This document shows positions 1 to 12,746 of a stretch of DNA of 64,000 nucleotides, piece after piece. Source of the DNA: Amoeboaphelidium protococcarum X5 (Eukaryota; Fungi; Aphelidiomycota). The notes under the pieces are model-generated. The model worked only from the letters and a program-made list of their open reading frames with translations, did not search any database and was not told the origin of the DNA. Each line of letters begins with the position of its first letter. The first letter of the stretch is position 1. The stretch covers positions 124,001-188,000 of the forward strand of contig JALDTO010000155.1 in assembly GCA_023515725.1 (NCBI GenBank), in the 5' to 3' direction. The translations under genes were made by a program, and so were the position numbers.

Positions 1-603
1 AGCGTTAAAGCAACGTTTAGACTTTAATGTAATATGAGGCATCAACCATCTTCTAAGACATCCCGTGAACGCTCTCAAAGATCCGACGCGTCAAGACTTG
101 ATGACTGCTGTCCCTGAGCTGTTTCATGCGAAATTCTTGTTATAAACACTAGGATAGTACATGCTCTCAACTCGGACAGAGAAGCAGATTTTGCGCAATC
201 GCCCTACGATTATCCTCGCAGTCTATTGATTGCATTTAAACTTTGACAAATCTCAACATTCAAATTTGATTGAGCAAAGTTTTCGATTATGACCATTGTC
301 ATTAAATCCTATCAATGATCATCTAAGCTTGTATTTACCGTATTTTTACTCTAGTATTAAAATCGTCAAATGTTCCACACATTTCCCAAAACCTTTTAAT
401 CTCTTGCCGTAACGTTGTGTGACCCCTTGTGTGTCCTGATTGGTGTCACTAAATGAAAGCTCTGTAACACTAATGCAACTTTATACTTGAACGCTCTGCA
501 CAATAGATGTATGTTATCTGTATAGACAAATTGAAGTTTATTGTTTATTGTATTATATTATTGAAGCGGTTATTATATTTGCAGCCATTCTTATTGATTA
601 TTA

Positions 604-2220
604 ATGATGCGTATGGGTAAAAAACTTTTGTTACTCTGCTTTTACTCTGCAATGGTATAAGCAGAATAGAAACTGGAAAATGATGCGCCAATTAAGTGCC
701 GCCTGAGATCTGTTTCATCTATCAGCACATCATGTACCACTATTAGTGGGACTCCTCTGACTGTGAAAGTATTGTCTACAAGCTGTTCATCTGCTACTGT
801 CCATCGCACTAAACCTCCGGTGGTCGTGTCAACTCCTTGCTCAAGCTCTACGCTCACCACGGCCACTACTGGACATGTCACCACTACTTTGTCAGTGACA
901 CGTACAACCATAGCGATCTCTGCTCCCCAGAGTAAAACCTCACTTGTATCTACACCATGCACCACCTGTCAAAATTTGTCATCCTCCACCACTCGGTAAA
1001 CCTCTACTAGATTCCAAGTATAAAGCACGTCGTCTCCTTTTACTTCTCGCTTCACTTCAACATCGTCTACCTAAAAGTGCTCATCTTGCACATCCAGTCG
1101 TAGTTAGACTCGCTCCATGACATCCTCTACTACGTCATCTATTATAACAACTACTGCGATACCATCGAGATCATCTACAATGTCCTCTACTGTAACAACC
1201 ACTGCGACATCTTCTAAGTATAGTACACCAACTCCTGGTCCTCCACCTCCTAGCGAAAGACCTCCTAGTCCTACACCGCCTGGCCCTCCACCACCAAGCG
1301 AAAGGCCGCCTAGTGAAAGACCTCCTAGCGAAAGACCACCAAGCGAAAGACCTCCTAGCGAAAGACCGCCGAGTGAAAGACCTCCTGGTCCTTCACCTCC
1401 TAGCGAAAGACCACCAAGCAACAGTCCACCAACTGAACCTCCTTCTAGAGACCGCCCACCTAGTCCGCCGACATCGCCCCCTATCAGGCCTCCAAGTCCA
1501 CCGCAACCGCCTGCACCTGAAGCTCCTCCTCCCACAGATGGTTCCGAACCTCCTCTTCCTCCCCCTGGTACCCCTCCTCCTTTTCGTCCTAGTGCTTCAA
1601 AACCTCCTTCGAGTCCAAATCGTCCTAAGCGTCGTGATGCACCGCACCGCAAAGGGAATGGCAGTCCTCTTATATTTGATATAAACCGGGATGGAGTTGT
1701 GTCTGCTTAAAAAAATACCGGTATTTCTAAGGATCCTTTAAACCCTGATAAGCGGGATGGAGGTGCTGTGGATGGTGATAAAATGCTTGCAATGTCCGAC
1801 TTAAATGGCAATAATGTGGTGGACATATAAGAAGTGTTTGGCGACCATACTCTAAGCCCGTTTAGTAAGGAAGCGTACCACGCGGCCAATGGATTTGACG
1901 CGTTATACATGCTTGCTCTGGAGATGCAATCCATCCCATAATGTCAATTCTAGTTAGTAAAGAAGGACCATAACAGTGTTCTGGTATCTTTAATTTTTAT
2001 GAGAAAGTGTCTAAATCTGCATAATGTTCAGCTTGGCTTTATTAGTGACACTAACATCAGTAATCTAGAAGAACTGGGTGATGTTGATCAAGTTGATGTG
2101 ACTGATTATGTCAATACTCCGCATGATGTAAGAAATGGCGTTCTTCATGGATAGAAAGGATCTTTCTACTCCTAAGATGGTACTCAATTGAAAGTTGATG
2201 ATGTATGGTTCAGGAAATGA
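604..2220 (+). CDS. Secreted Ser/Thr-rich, Pro-rich protein with C-terminal FrpC self-processing-module-like Ca-binding domain (paralog 1, 538 aa)
   Basis: One frame from ATG 604 to TGA 2220 when TAR=Gln. Signal-peptide-like MMRMGKKLLLLCFYSAMVQA, KCRLR motif, S/T/C-rich region, PPSER repeats, then SPLIFDINRDG...DLNGNNVVD.EVFGDHT...ANGFDAL...LEELG...QKGSF..DG...DVWF. Confidence 0.85.
1291..1380 (+). repeat. Coding minisatellite, six 15-nt units encoding PPSER
   Basis: Degenerate units such as cctcctagcgaaaga and ccaccaagcgaaaga in tandem. Confidence 0.9.
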
Positions 2221-3109
2221 GACACATGAAATTTTGTCAATATATGAAATGACGTTCTATCTAAATCTTTTGCGTTTAGGCTTACTTTTGCATATTCGCC
2301 GCGTATTCTTCACTTTCTAGTTGAGGTTCGGAGAACATCTAAGTGGTTGCCAGCCAGTACTAATTGTTGAGGTAAACGGTAAAAGACACACTTTGATCAG
2401 CTGATATTTCTTCCTCTTTAGAATTTTTATTTTGATACAATCTGTTCGCAATTTCTTGCAGACAGCGTTTAGTTTTGGACGCAATTTAATCATTATCCAG
2501 ATCTGCTTTTCTGAAAGTGATCATGCTTTTTTGATTTGCCTACTTACTTAGATTATGATAAGAATCAATCTTCTAAGACATCCCGTGAACGCTCTCAAAG
2601 ATCCGACGCGTCAAGACTTGATGACTGCAGTCCCTTAGCTGTTTCATGCGAAATTCATGTTATAAACACTAGGATAGTACATGCTCTCAACTCCGACAGA
2701 CAAGCAGATTTTGCGCCATCGCCCTACGATTATCCTCGCAGTCTATTGATTGCATTTAAACTTTGACAGATCTCAACATTAAAATTTGATTGAGCAAAGT
2801 TTTTGATCACGTCCATTGTCATTAAATCGTATCAATGATCATCTAACCATTTTTCGCTGTATTTTTACAGTAGCATTTCCATCGCTTATTGCTCCACATA
2901 ATTCTTAATATCTTGTAACCTCTTGGCGTAACACTGTGTTGCACCTTGTGCGGCCTGATTGGTGTCACAAACTAATGATTGGAAACACAATTGCAACTTT
3001 ATTAAACGTGCCTCACAAATAAGGTGTCTTTTCAGTTCTACATCAGTAAAATTTTTAATTTATTGTAGTATAAACGCTATCATTATCTTTGCAGCCATTC
3101 TCAGTATTA

Positions 3110-4723
3110 ATGCTTATGGGTCTAAAAAATATTTTATTGCTCTGCTTTAGTGCGACTTTGGTATTATCCGAGTTGAAATCTCCAACTGACGTCCCTGTAA
3201 AATGCCGTCTGCGATCAGTTGCATCAACCAGTACACCGTGCTCTAGTATGGTTTCTCTTACGGTCAAGTCAGTGTCAACAAGCTGTTCATCTACTTCTTC
3301 CAGTCACATTACTGCTCCCCCAGTTTTATCAACACCATGTCAATCGTCTAGTATTACTGTACCTACGACTGGATATCCTACCACTGCGACTTTTACGCGT
3401 CCATTTGGTATGACCTCCTCTTATCAAGGCTCGTCTAAATCCACTCCCTGTTCCACAAGCTAAAAGTTGACATCTACCATCACTACTCTAAAAACCTCTA
3501 CTAAGTCCTTGTCTTTACCTCTGAGTACCCCGTCGTCTATTACTACTTATGTCACTCAAAGCACATCTGCCACTGTGTGCTCAGATTGCTCGAACAGTCG
3601 GGGTTCGACATCCACCACAACTTTTATAACGTCTTTGACTGTAATGACGACTACATCTTCCTCTAAATAGTTGTATAGCAGTCCAACTCCTGATGCTCCA
3701 ATGACTCGCCCTCCACTTACACCGCCTCCTTAAATTCCTCCATCGTCTGGTCCTCCGAAAACTCCTCGTCCTCCAAGTGAGAGACCACCTAGCAATAGGC
3801 CTCCAAGTGAGGGACCACCTAGCAATAGGCCTCCAAGTGAGGGACCACCTAGCAATAGGCCTCCAAGTGAAGATAGACCGCCGAGAGAACCTCCATCTAG
3901 GAATAGGCCTCCAAGTGGCGACAGGCCACCGACTGACCCTCCGTCGAGAAACGGACCGCCTGGTCCACCACCTCCTCCGGAAACTCCTCCACCAACGCGT
4001 CCTCCTCCGCCACCGCCCGCACCTGAAAGCCCTCCTCCGCCAGTTAGTTTCCCTGCACCAAGACCTCTTCCGGGTACTCCCAAACCACCTTCTCCACAAC
4101 CTCTACCTGTGAAAAGAAAATCAAAGTCAAATGGCAGAGGCAGAGGAGGTGGATGTGGAAGTGAGAGTCCACTTGTATTTGATATGAATAGGGATGGAGT
4201 TGTTTCTGCCTCGAAAAACACTGGTATCTCAACGGATCCCTCAAATCCAAATTAACAAGATGGAGGTGCCGTAGGTGGCGATAAAATGCTTGCAATGTCC
4301 GATTTAAATGGCAATGGTGTGGTGGACATTCAAGAAGTGTTTGGTGATCATACGCTGAGTCCATTTACTAAGAAGCCATATCACGCAGCTAATGGTTTTG
4401 ACGCATTATACATGCTGGCTTTGGAAATGCAATCTATTCCAAAATGTAAATTCTAGTTAGTAAAGAAGGACCATAACAGTGTTCTGGTATCTTTAATTTT
4501 TATGAGAAAGTGTCTAAATCTGCATAATGTTCAGCTTGGCTTTATTAGTGACACTAACATCAGTAATCTAGAAGAACTGGGTGATGTTGATCAAGTTGAT
4601 GTGACTGATTATGTCAATACTCCGCATGATGTAAGAAATGGCGTTCTTCATGGATAGAAAGGATCTTTCTACTCCTAAGATGGTACTCAATTGAAAGTTG
4701 ATGATGTATGGTTCAGGAAATGA
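3110..4723 (+). CDS. Secreted S/T/P-rich protein with FrpC-SPM-like C-terminal domain (paralog 2, 537 aa)
   Basis: ATG 3110 to TGA 4723 in one frame with TAR=Gln. MLMGLKNILLLCFSATLVLS leader, KCRLR, ESPLVFDMNRDG...DVWFRK. Confidence 0.85.
3770..3870 (+). repeat. Coding minisatellite, three 30-nt units encoding PPSE(G/R)PPSNR
   Basis: cctccaagtgagggaccacctagcaatagg repeated almost perfectly three times, plus a partial unit. Confidence 0.9.
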
Positions 4724-5210
4724 GACGCATGAAATTTTGTAAATATATAAATTATTTCAATGATATCAAACTAACTTTTGTGACTTGCACGGCTTCCAAT
4801 ATATAGACGTCAATTTGATGATAAGCATTATTAAATTTAGCCAAGAACGCATGAGCTAACAATAGACAACCCCTATCTTACGACAAGGAGCATTTAAGCA
4901 GACCCGTTGGCCATCTTGAAGGTAAAGCTTAGTATGTGATTTAGGTTATAAGACTTAAAATCTGATCAATGAATGACTACCAATTGAAGCCTTATTTATT
5001 AACCGGTCCAAACGCAATTTGCAATATTCTCAACCACTAGTTACTTAACGCGTCCCTCCACCTCTAAACTAACTTTATCTGATCAACAGGGGAGTTGTTT
5101 CACCATTCTGTTCATTGTTACAGAAGTGTACAGCGCATTGCCGAGATATCACAATGTCTCAGCATATTTCGGAATAGGATTAACAACGTAAAGATTAGCT
5201 TGGGCAACCC

Positions 5211-7333
5211 ATGCCTATAATTAATGAGTCCATAAATGGTATTAATTTTTACTCTACTATAGTGTTGAAGTTTAAATCTCTTTTGTTTAAACTGTCCATT
5301 CATGTATTGTAGATGCTGAAGGAGAATAAGTGAAACAAGAGCTGGACCAGGCATTGCATTAGTTTTACAGTACATCTCAAGGAACACTCCCCTCGTTGTA
5401 TCCTAGAAATGATAGACTGCCAAGATATGGTGCATAAAATATAAATGGCCAGGCTTAGTTGCCCAAATCGCCGAGACGTTTGCAGGTGCCGGCAGTCGCT
5501 GGTTCAGTTAATGAAAGTCGTCGCAGCTCGGCTGCATCGCAAACGCCGCAGTATCCCTCCAAGCTCTCTGGGGATTAGGCTGTAATTAAATCTCATTTAT
5601 CATAAGGCAATCTCTAGCAGTAAGCCAATAAAGCCGAGGAATAGTAGTAGATTATCGATTGGAGAGGTGATATAGTTGTAGATGCCTCCCACGTCGATCC
5701 GTATCTGCAGGCGGTTGCTTCGATTTCATTCAACGTGAACGTGTTTGTTTTTGAATTCCTGTCTCATCTTCTGCTGCCGCTGACATTTATATTTAATATT
5801 TGGACAGTTAAAGGCAGACTATATTTGGCCAATAGATCTTTATTGTCCCATAAAGATCCGGGATTCTGGATATAATGGATATCAATGGCATCGCTGATTT
5901 ATATTCATGTACTGTATTTTGCAATTAGACCAAAAGATTTTTATCTTGTGGAATTGATGCTTTGTAACGTGCTCTGGTTAATAAGATTCGCCGTTATATC
6001 AACAAAGTATGCGTACGTCTCCAGCGTGGAATACAAAGAGATGTCACTCAATGTGGAAACTGCTATGCAAAAGAGTGAACGCCAAGTAATTACTGGGTGG
6101 AGGTCTCCAAGCTCACATCTGATTGAGACTTAGATTTTGCTGGCATCTGTCCGTTAAAGAGTCGATTTGACTTAATTTTCTTTTATCATTCTTCAAGAAG
6201 ATGGTTCCTCTATTCCCACTGATGGTGATGTCAAATTTAATTAGATTAGGGATAAACCAAAGCTCGTGGTTGAAAAGTCAGCCTTGTTGGATGCTGAAGA
6301 TAAGTAAGAAGCTTAGGATAGCAAAGCACATTAGCAGGGCTAGTAATTGAAGTAAATTAGTGCTTATGATTTGGCGAAGAATCTTATTTCTGCTTCAAAT
6401 AAAATAAAAATTAATGGCTACTTGATTTTGACGTTAACTTTGATCCATTGCCTGCTGCCGATGGTGGGGCGAGCTGTATAAGGGTAGATTTGGTGTTGGG
6501 ATTATACACCTGAAGCATATGTGGGCCTCTCTCTGTACGTGTTGATTAATCTGTTCATGGTTAGTGCTAATATAAACTTTATTTTGATTGCAGTTTTGGA
6601 TATGCATCGCAGACTCTATCTGGCTGAAAGCTTGAACTTGATCCTATAAGATGGTTATGTTTAGATGGCGCGGCCAAAGTAGACTGATGAGTATCCTGTA
6701 AAACATCAGAGTGAAGATAAAGACTAACAATATTCAGAAGACTATCTTAGACTGGATATGAATAGACCAGAAAATATTCTCGCATGGTGGTATCTTAGAT
6801 TGGTATTGTAGGATTATGGTATGCAGTACTATAAGCGTATCAACGTATACTCTGGAGTATTTCTGCTCTACTTTCTTGCATTGATTGTCATTATTATATT
6901 CGGAGCGCTAACTGGCAGAAGTGTCGACTACACGATTGTCACTTTGGCTATATATAATGTGATGCTTTACGCAATAGTTCTAGCTCAAGTTCTATTCTAT
7001 GGATAGAATGTGAACCATTTGCGCCAAATTCATGCGGCTTCCGTTATTGGAAAATTAATTAATCTGTAGACTATAATTGCTTCATATTCTAGTAAACTTA
7101 ATCACTTACGTAATGAAATTGCAAAGAAGACTACATAGTTGGCCCCTCTGCCAGAATACTTTCAAAGGAGTGCTGAGATATTGCAAATTGTCTCTATGGC
7201 CATCCAGTTTAACAATGAGAATTTCACAGTGAAGATTTTAGGATTCAAGGCAACTAGTGATTTAATACAAGCAACTTTAGCTTTGGCAGCTTCTGGGCTC
7301 GTTGCTGCAGCGTAGATTGTATTCAAGTTTTGA
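5211..7333 (+). CDS. Multi-pass membrane protein, PHTF-like / 7TM ion-channel (GRL) superfamily candidate; intron 5239-5312
   Basis: Frame open 5313-7333 with TAR=Gln, joined to ATG 5211 by a GT..TGTAG intron. Motifs LLPMVGR, FILIAVLDMHRRLYLA, ENILAWWYLRLVL, KLINLQ and VKILGFKAT..LIQATLALAASG recall the PHTF C-terminal half (from memory). Confidence 0.6.
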
Positions 7334-7775
7334 TGGCTATTACTTACTTAATTGCGTGATGTTTGATAGAGAGAGTGGTATTGTAAGCGGATGATTCTTG
7401 TAAAATTACTCCATGAAAAGTGAACATGCTGTTATAACTCTGACATTGCGACAAAAAGTCGACATTTTCGCCACGTTATCTGATTTCACAGATACAGGTA
7501 CGCGTGAAGTATTTTGTAGAATCGCATCAGACGAAATAGTTGTATTGATATCTGTTGAAATCGACAACGTGCCACGTACTGGAATCAATCTCTTGTTACA
7601 CATCTCAGCACTTAAAAAGACAGTGAGATTGAAAAGCGATGCGGGCGTTATACAGCTTACAATTATAGTGTACTTAATTGTTAGGCACTGCGATTTAAAT
7701 ATAAGCTAAACCGGAAACTAGCGAAGTTATTAAGACATTAATTTAAATAGCCGCGATGATAATTACGCTTTTATA

Positions 7776-9254
7776 TCACTACATCTTCTTATTCATTTTA
7801 CTACTACTAGATATGGACAAATCTACCCTGCCATAGACTATAGAGAGTAGAAATACCAAAAAGAAGGACGCAGACAGCACCAAAGGCTTTCTCAAGTAAT
7901 TACTCTTGTCGAACGTGTACGACACTTGAAAGTTTTGCTCATGGCCATCACACAAATCAGTCATGTGCAAGTAAATAGTCGGTCTACCAACAGTGTCTAC
8001 AAAGGTAAACGTTTTTGACTCCCACTACTTGTTAACTTTGAACGGAAGAACAACCTGATAGTCAGTAGCACCTTCAGGCAACACAATCTTCACAGTCACA
8101 TTGTTATAGGCGGCATTCTCAATACCTTTAATGAATGGAGCCTAGAACACAAATCTATCCTCAGCGTCATCGACTTCCTTAACAAAATCTTCCAGGGGCG
8201 CATTATATCCCTGCATCCAAGTGTATAACCATCCACCATACAATGGGTATCTTGGTCTCAAGTCCAAAGAGGATGGCTTAGAACTATATCCAGGAGATGG
8301 TTTGAATGTGGAGGTGGACACATTACCCACATCATCCTTATAGTAGACATCACGAGCTTGCGCAGGCAGATCTATGTGGACCTAATTAACAACTGCCGTC
8401 TAATGCAACTACATTTAGTTAAGAGCATAATCTATACGGCTAAATTGGCCTTTCAACTTTGCACCATCATGTCTAATATAGTACCACTCCTCTACAGCCA
8501 GATTACCACCCCAATGACTGATCCAGAATTCACGAACCAGATTAGTGACAGTAACGAATGGTGAGTTATTGACAAAGTGCACCGAGATTGGCTTCCAACT
8601 GTCACCACTCTCCGCAACTTCATCGTAAGGACCATAAGTGATCGCTTTACCAGATTTGACACCTCCCTCAGTGAATGAGTCGATCGCAGATGATGCCAAC
8701 ATAATCTTCACCTTCTACTTGAGTGTCTTGTACTTTGACGGCATCAGAGCATTACCGTACCATACCACCTTCTGCTTATCGTTCTACTCAATCTCGTGCG
8801 GCATTGGCACCATACCATGTGTATACACGATATCCACCACAATTACAGGCTCTTTGGATTTTTCATTATTAACAACGCTATTTAAATTGACTTTGTAATG
8901 CAACTAGCGTCTACTACCAAGATCTTCTTCAGAGTCAAACGAGACTGGTAGAGCAACTTTACTTCCCTTGTCCTTTGCACTAATGAACGAGACGGTGACA
9001 TTCTCATGCTGCATTGGCAATAATTCCGCAGTTATAATGTAGTTAACGTCTTGCTTAGACTTCGCCTCGGAATCAGACACTTTGAGAGCAATAGCACGAC
9101 GCTCCTTAACTAGTGCAGTGGAAAGATCTACGCTTCGATGAACATTGACATTCTAAATAGAAATGGTATTGACAACGCTCTTAGTCACGCCTAAACCAAA
9201 CATGCAGAGCACGGCCACTATCGCCAAGAGATTAAACTTAACTGAGCGAATCAT
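7776..9254 (-). CDS. OST1: Oligosaccharyltransferase subunit alpha / ribophorin I
   Basis: Signal peptide; ISHWGGNLAVEEWY, YYKDDVGNVSTS, LRPRYPLYGGW, VLPEGA and YLRKPL followed by a TM helix; 492 aa ending at TGA. Confidence 0.93.
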
Positions 9255-9893
9255 CCCTGATTTACTATAGGCCCACTATAACTAACAACTTTCTGCTGTC
9301 GCGGCTGTGTAGTTGAAGCGAAGCGAAAGACTTTCACTATGTCGTCGACGACTTGACGTTACTGCGTAGAACAGGCCAGCGGTGACGTCGCGCGTTTTCT
9401 TTCAACGTTTCTCGTTTGAAACGACCTGGAGGGAAGTCAATTAATGTGTCAAGTCTCAGTCTTGAACTATCCTGGCCATTTGATATAAGATGATCTCATC
9501 ATTTGCAGAGATATTACCATTATATTTTCTCTTTCTTGTCTTTTAAATCACCCCTTAATATAAAGTGATAGCCACGCTTCTCATCGGTTGAAGTATATGG
9601 ACGTTTCGATCGGGCGAATCCAAAGTCAAATAGATCCTTGACGGGAATGCATAGCAACGGGGACCATATCAACATTTAAACATCAAAGTTAGAGAGTGCG
9701 TTCCATCCGCACCTTTATTATAGCAACTGTAGAAAATATCCTTTATACAGTCTTGTCTGGAGGTTTTTATTTGGCTTCAAGCGGAGATTTTGATAATCAT
9801 TTTATAGAACTGTAACCTGGATTTTATCTGGAGTCTCATTTGGTAAATTCATATACTATCGCATCACTGAAGATAAAACAAAATCAAACAACA

Positions 9894-11288
9894 ATGGGCA
9901 ATTTTTGTTGTGGGGAACCTATAGATTATAACGGTGAAGGTGACTCTATACTTTTAGGCTTTGTCACTCTAACATTTATACATCTTACTCAAACTATAAG
10001 TGTAGTTGATCTGAGACACTTTGAGCTTCTTAGATCAGTGGGCAAGGGAGCGTTTGGTAAAGTGCGGATAGTGTAGAAGAAGAATGATAAGAAGATTTAC
10101 GCTCTCAAGTACATTAACAAGATGAAATGTATAAAGATGAAGGCTGTTAACAATGTCATACAAGAGAGAAGACTTCTTGAGGATATTGAGTATCCGTTCG
10201 TGGTTAATCTTCGCTATGCGTTTCAGGATGATGAGAATCTGTTTATGGTGCTTGATCTGATGTTGGGCGGCGATTTGCGATTTCATCTTGACCGTGCCGG
10301 ATCTATGAAGGAGGAGGTGGTGCGCTTCTTTGTTGCAGAGGTGGGCCTGGGTATCAATCATTTGCACAGTAAGCGTATCGTGCACAGAGATATTAAGCCG
10401 GATAATGTGTTGCTAGATGAATTGGGCCATTGTCATTTGACTGATTTCAACATTGCTGTGAGGTATAATGAGAATACAATGCTCAAATCTGTGGCTGGCA
10501 GTATGGCTTATATGGCACCTGAAGTTGTGGGTAAGAAGGGCTATTTCGCTAGTCCAGATTGGTGGTCCCTGGGTGTGGTGATGTATGAATTGCTGTTTGG
10601 AAAGCGACCTTTCCGGGGCAAGTCTAATGATGCTCTGACACACGCCATCCTTCATGATGTTGTGCAATTCCCAAACAATGCAGAGGCTAATGTGGGTAAG
10701 GAGTGTCTGGACTTATTGAAATCACTACTAGATCGTGATATTGACAAGAGGATTGGTCATGGGGAAGAGAACTTTAGATTATTTAAGCAGCATCCATTCT
10801 TTAACAAGGAGATCAACGGCCACGGGCCAATAGATTGGGATCTGATGGAGTAGAAAAAGTTTAAACCACCGTATGTACCAGATTCAAAGAGAGCAAATTT
10901 TGATGCCAGTCATGAGTTAGAAGAGCTACTTCTGGAAGAGAATCCACTCCGAGTTAAGAAAAGATCCAATGTGAAAGATTACAGTAAAATGCCAGGTGGT
11001 GAGACTGGTGAGATTGCTACTCAGCTGCAAATCATGGAGAAGAAGTTTACTGTATTTGATTACTAAAAGAAGGGTCTCTTGATGTCACCGGATAACTCGA
11101 TGGCTAAGAAGAGTAATACGTCACTGGTGAAATAGAAGGTCGAGTCTGCTTAGAATGCCGTGACTAACAGTTTAAAGCAGAATGGTAAGAACAGTTAGGA
11201 TAATGTATCGATGCACGATCTCGCTAATTTTGACAAGCCTCAATCAACTCCAGCTACTATAGACCGCACGGGGCAGCATTTGGAATGA
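9894..11288 (+). CDS. STK32: YANK/STK32-family AGC-like Ser/Thr kinase; probable intron 9940-10005
   Basis: MGNFCC myristoylation/palmitoylation-type start; GKGAFGKV, YALKYINK, LRYAFQDDE, HRDIKPDN, HLTDFNIA, NFDASHELEELLLEENPL. Confidence 0.9.
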
Positions 11289-12746
11289 ACAGATGGTAGT
11301 CGAAATTGACAGGAGACTTTAATGCTTGCGCATCCCGCCACTTTTCTCAATATACGCAAGTGTACAATTTTCGACGAGAAGTTAATTATTGACGCTATAG
11401 ATGTAATTGCTATGTACAATCTTCTCTTATTTTTAAAATTTCACTCTACCGAGAGTACCAACCGATCCTGACACGACACGACTGTACTGACACGACCTGA
11501 CGAAAACACTAAGCTGAAACAATGAGAAAAGTCATGACGGAAAACTAACATTACTTAATTAACTTAGATCTTTCAATTTTCATTGCAAATGTCTTGTGCA
11601 GAGTGAAATATGAAACTATTGAATTCTTTTGCATTGAATAGAACAACTAGTGGTAGAATCAACATGCAACCCTTGTAAAGAGAATCTGCTGATCGATCAT
11701 CAACCACTTTTACGAAGGCGTTTATAATTAGCGTAATAGCTACGCCGCATACCCTTGTACCATTTGGTCGAATTTCGATCTTCTTTCAGCATGCACCGGG
11801 GCTAGTGGCAACCGGAGAGATTGCATCTCTAGCGCTTCAGCCTTCAAATACTGGCTGATTGTAGACGATTGATAAAATCACTAAAGTTGCCGTCTTTCAT
11901 AGGTAAATTACGGCCATACTGTAACTGTCTCAAAGGGCCTAATGCAGAAGATGTAGACGCTATGTTCACTCATAATTCACGCTAATCCCATCAATATTTC
12001 TTAAATATTTCGTAGAAGAGAAATAGCGTGCCAGATTTAGGCAACTTATACCAACCATGACTCATTTATAATCACCAACACGTCACGAACACGTAAGCAT
12101 TGTTTTTGCCAATCCGACTTGTCTCGTGGAAGTTTTCACGATTCCTGCATTGAGGACAACCATAATAAGCTGTTTTGCCATTTCAATAAAGGTACAAGAT
12201 ACCATATTAAAAGTCACTGATATACTGTACAGTATGTTAAAGATGAAAAGGGGTGTCAGTGATTTGAAATTGAATGGGGAGCCTTTAAGAATCTTACATC
12301 AATCCGGTATTGATCTTCCACTGATCTAATCAGTCAAGAATTTTAAGCTATTTAGAATTTACATCGTTGAAGGATGTCGATTTCATCAAACTTTAGAATC
12401 CAAATAGTTCTATATCGCGGGCACTAAGTATTATTTCTAGTTGTTTACCGTGAAACTACCTACCATCGATCCGTTCTTAAACCAAGGCGCCTTCCTTCAA
12501 GCTCTTCTTTCCTGCCCTTACAATTAATATCGTGCGAAAGCTCAGGCCAGTTCTTTCAGTCCGTGTGAGAACGCCATATTCTCTCGCTCTCTCCCCCTCG
12601 TCTTCTTCTCTTGTCTTCTTGAAGCATTGTAAATCGTCATCTTTAAATCTGATATAGAACGGTCTTTCGAGCAGAGTATATTAGACAAATTTAGAGTCAT
12701 TTTTAACTAGAGCACAGTTTATTTAAAGTGGTAAAGAAAAATAAAT

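Larger units (their letters stand above)
51..4745 (+). repeat. Tandem segmental duplication of about 2.5 kb (about 51-2240 versus 2571-4745)
   Basis: Block 51-330 closely matches 2571-2850 (offset 2520). Block 1946-2223 appears identical to 4449-4726. The coding middles are diverged. Confidence 0.9.

Noticed and set aside
1104-1652. Gly/Leu-rich minus-strand ORFs (also 3730-4221 and 16637-16936)
   Set aside because: They are antisense shadows of the Pro-rich coding repeats on the other strand.
3770-3870. CRISPR-like 30-nt direct repeats
   Set aside because: No spacers, in-frame coding minisatellite, eukaryotic context and no cas genes.
11859-12746. TGA-free frame running in frame into the XRN1 start
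   Set aside because: The translation has no recognisable protein features, long open frames are common with a single stop codon, and MGVPKFFRW at 12747 is the canonical start. The 11300-12700 spacer may hide a decayed gene that I could not identify.
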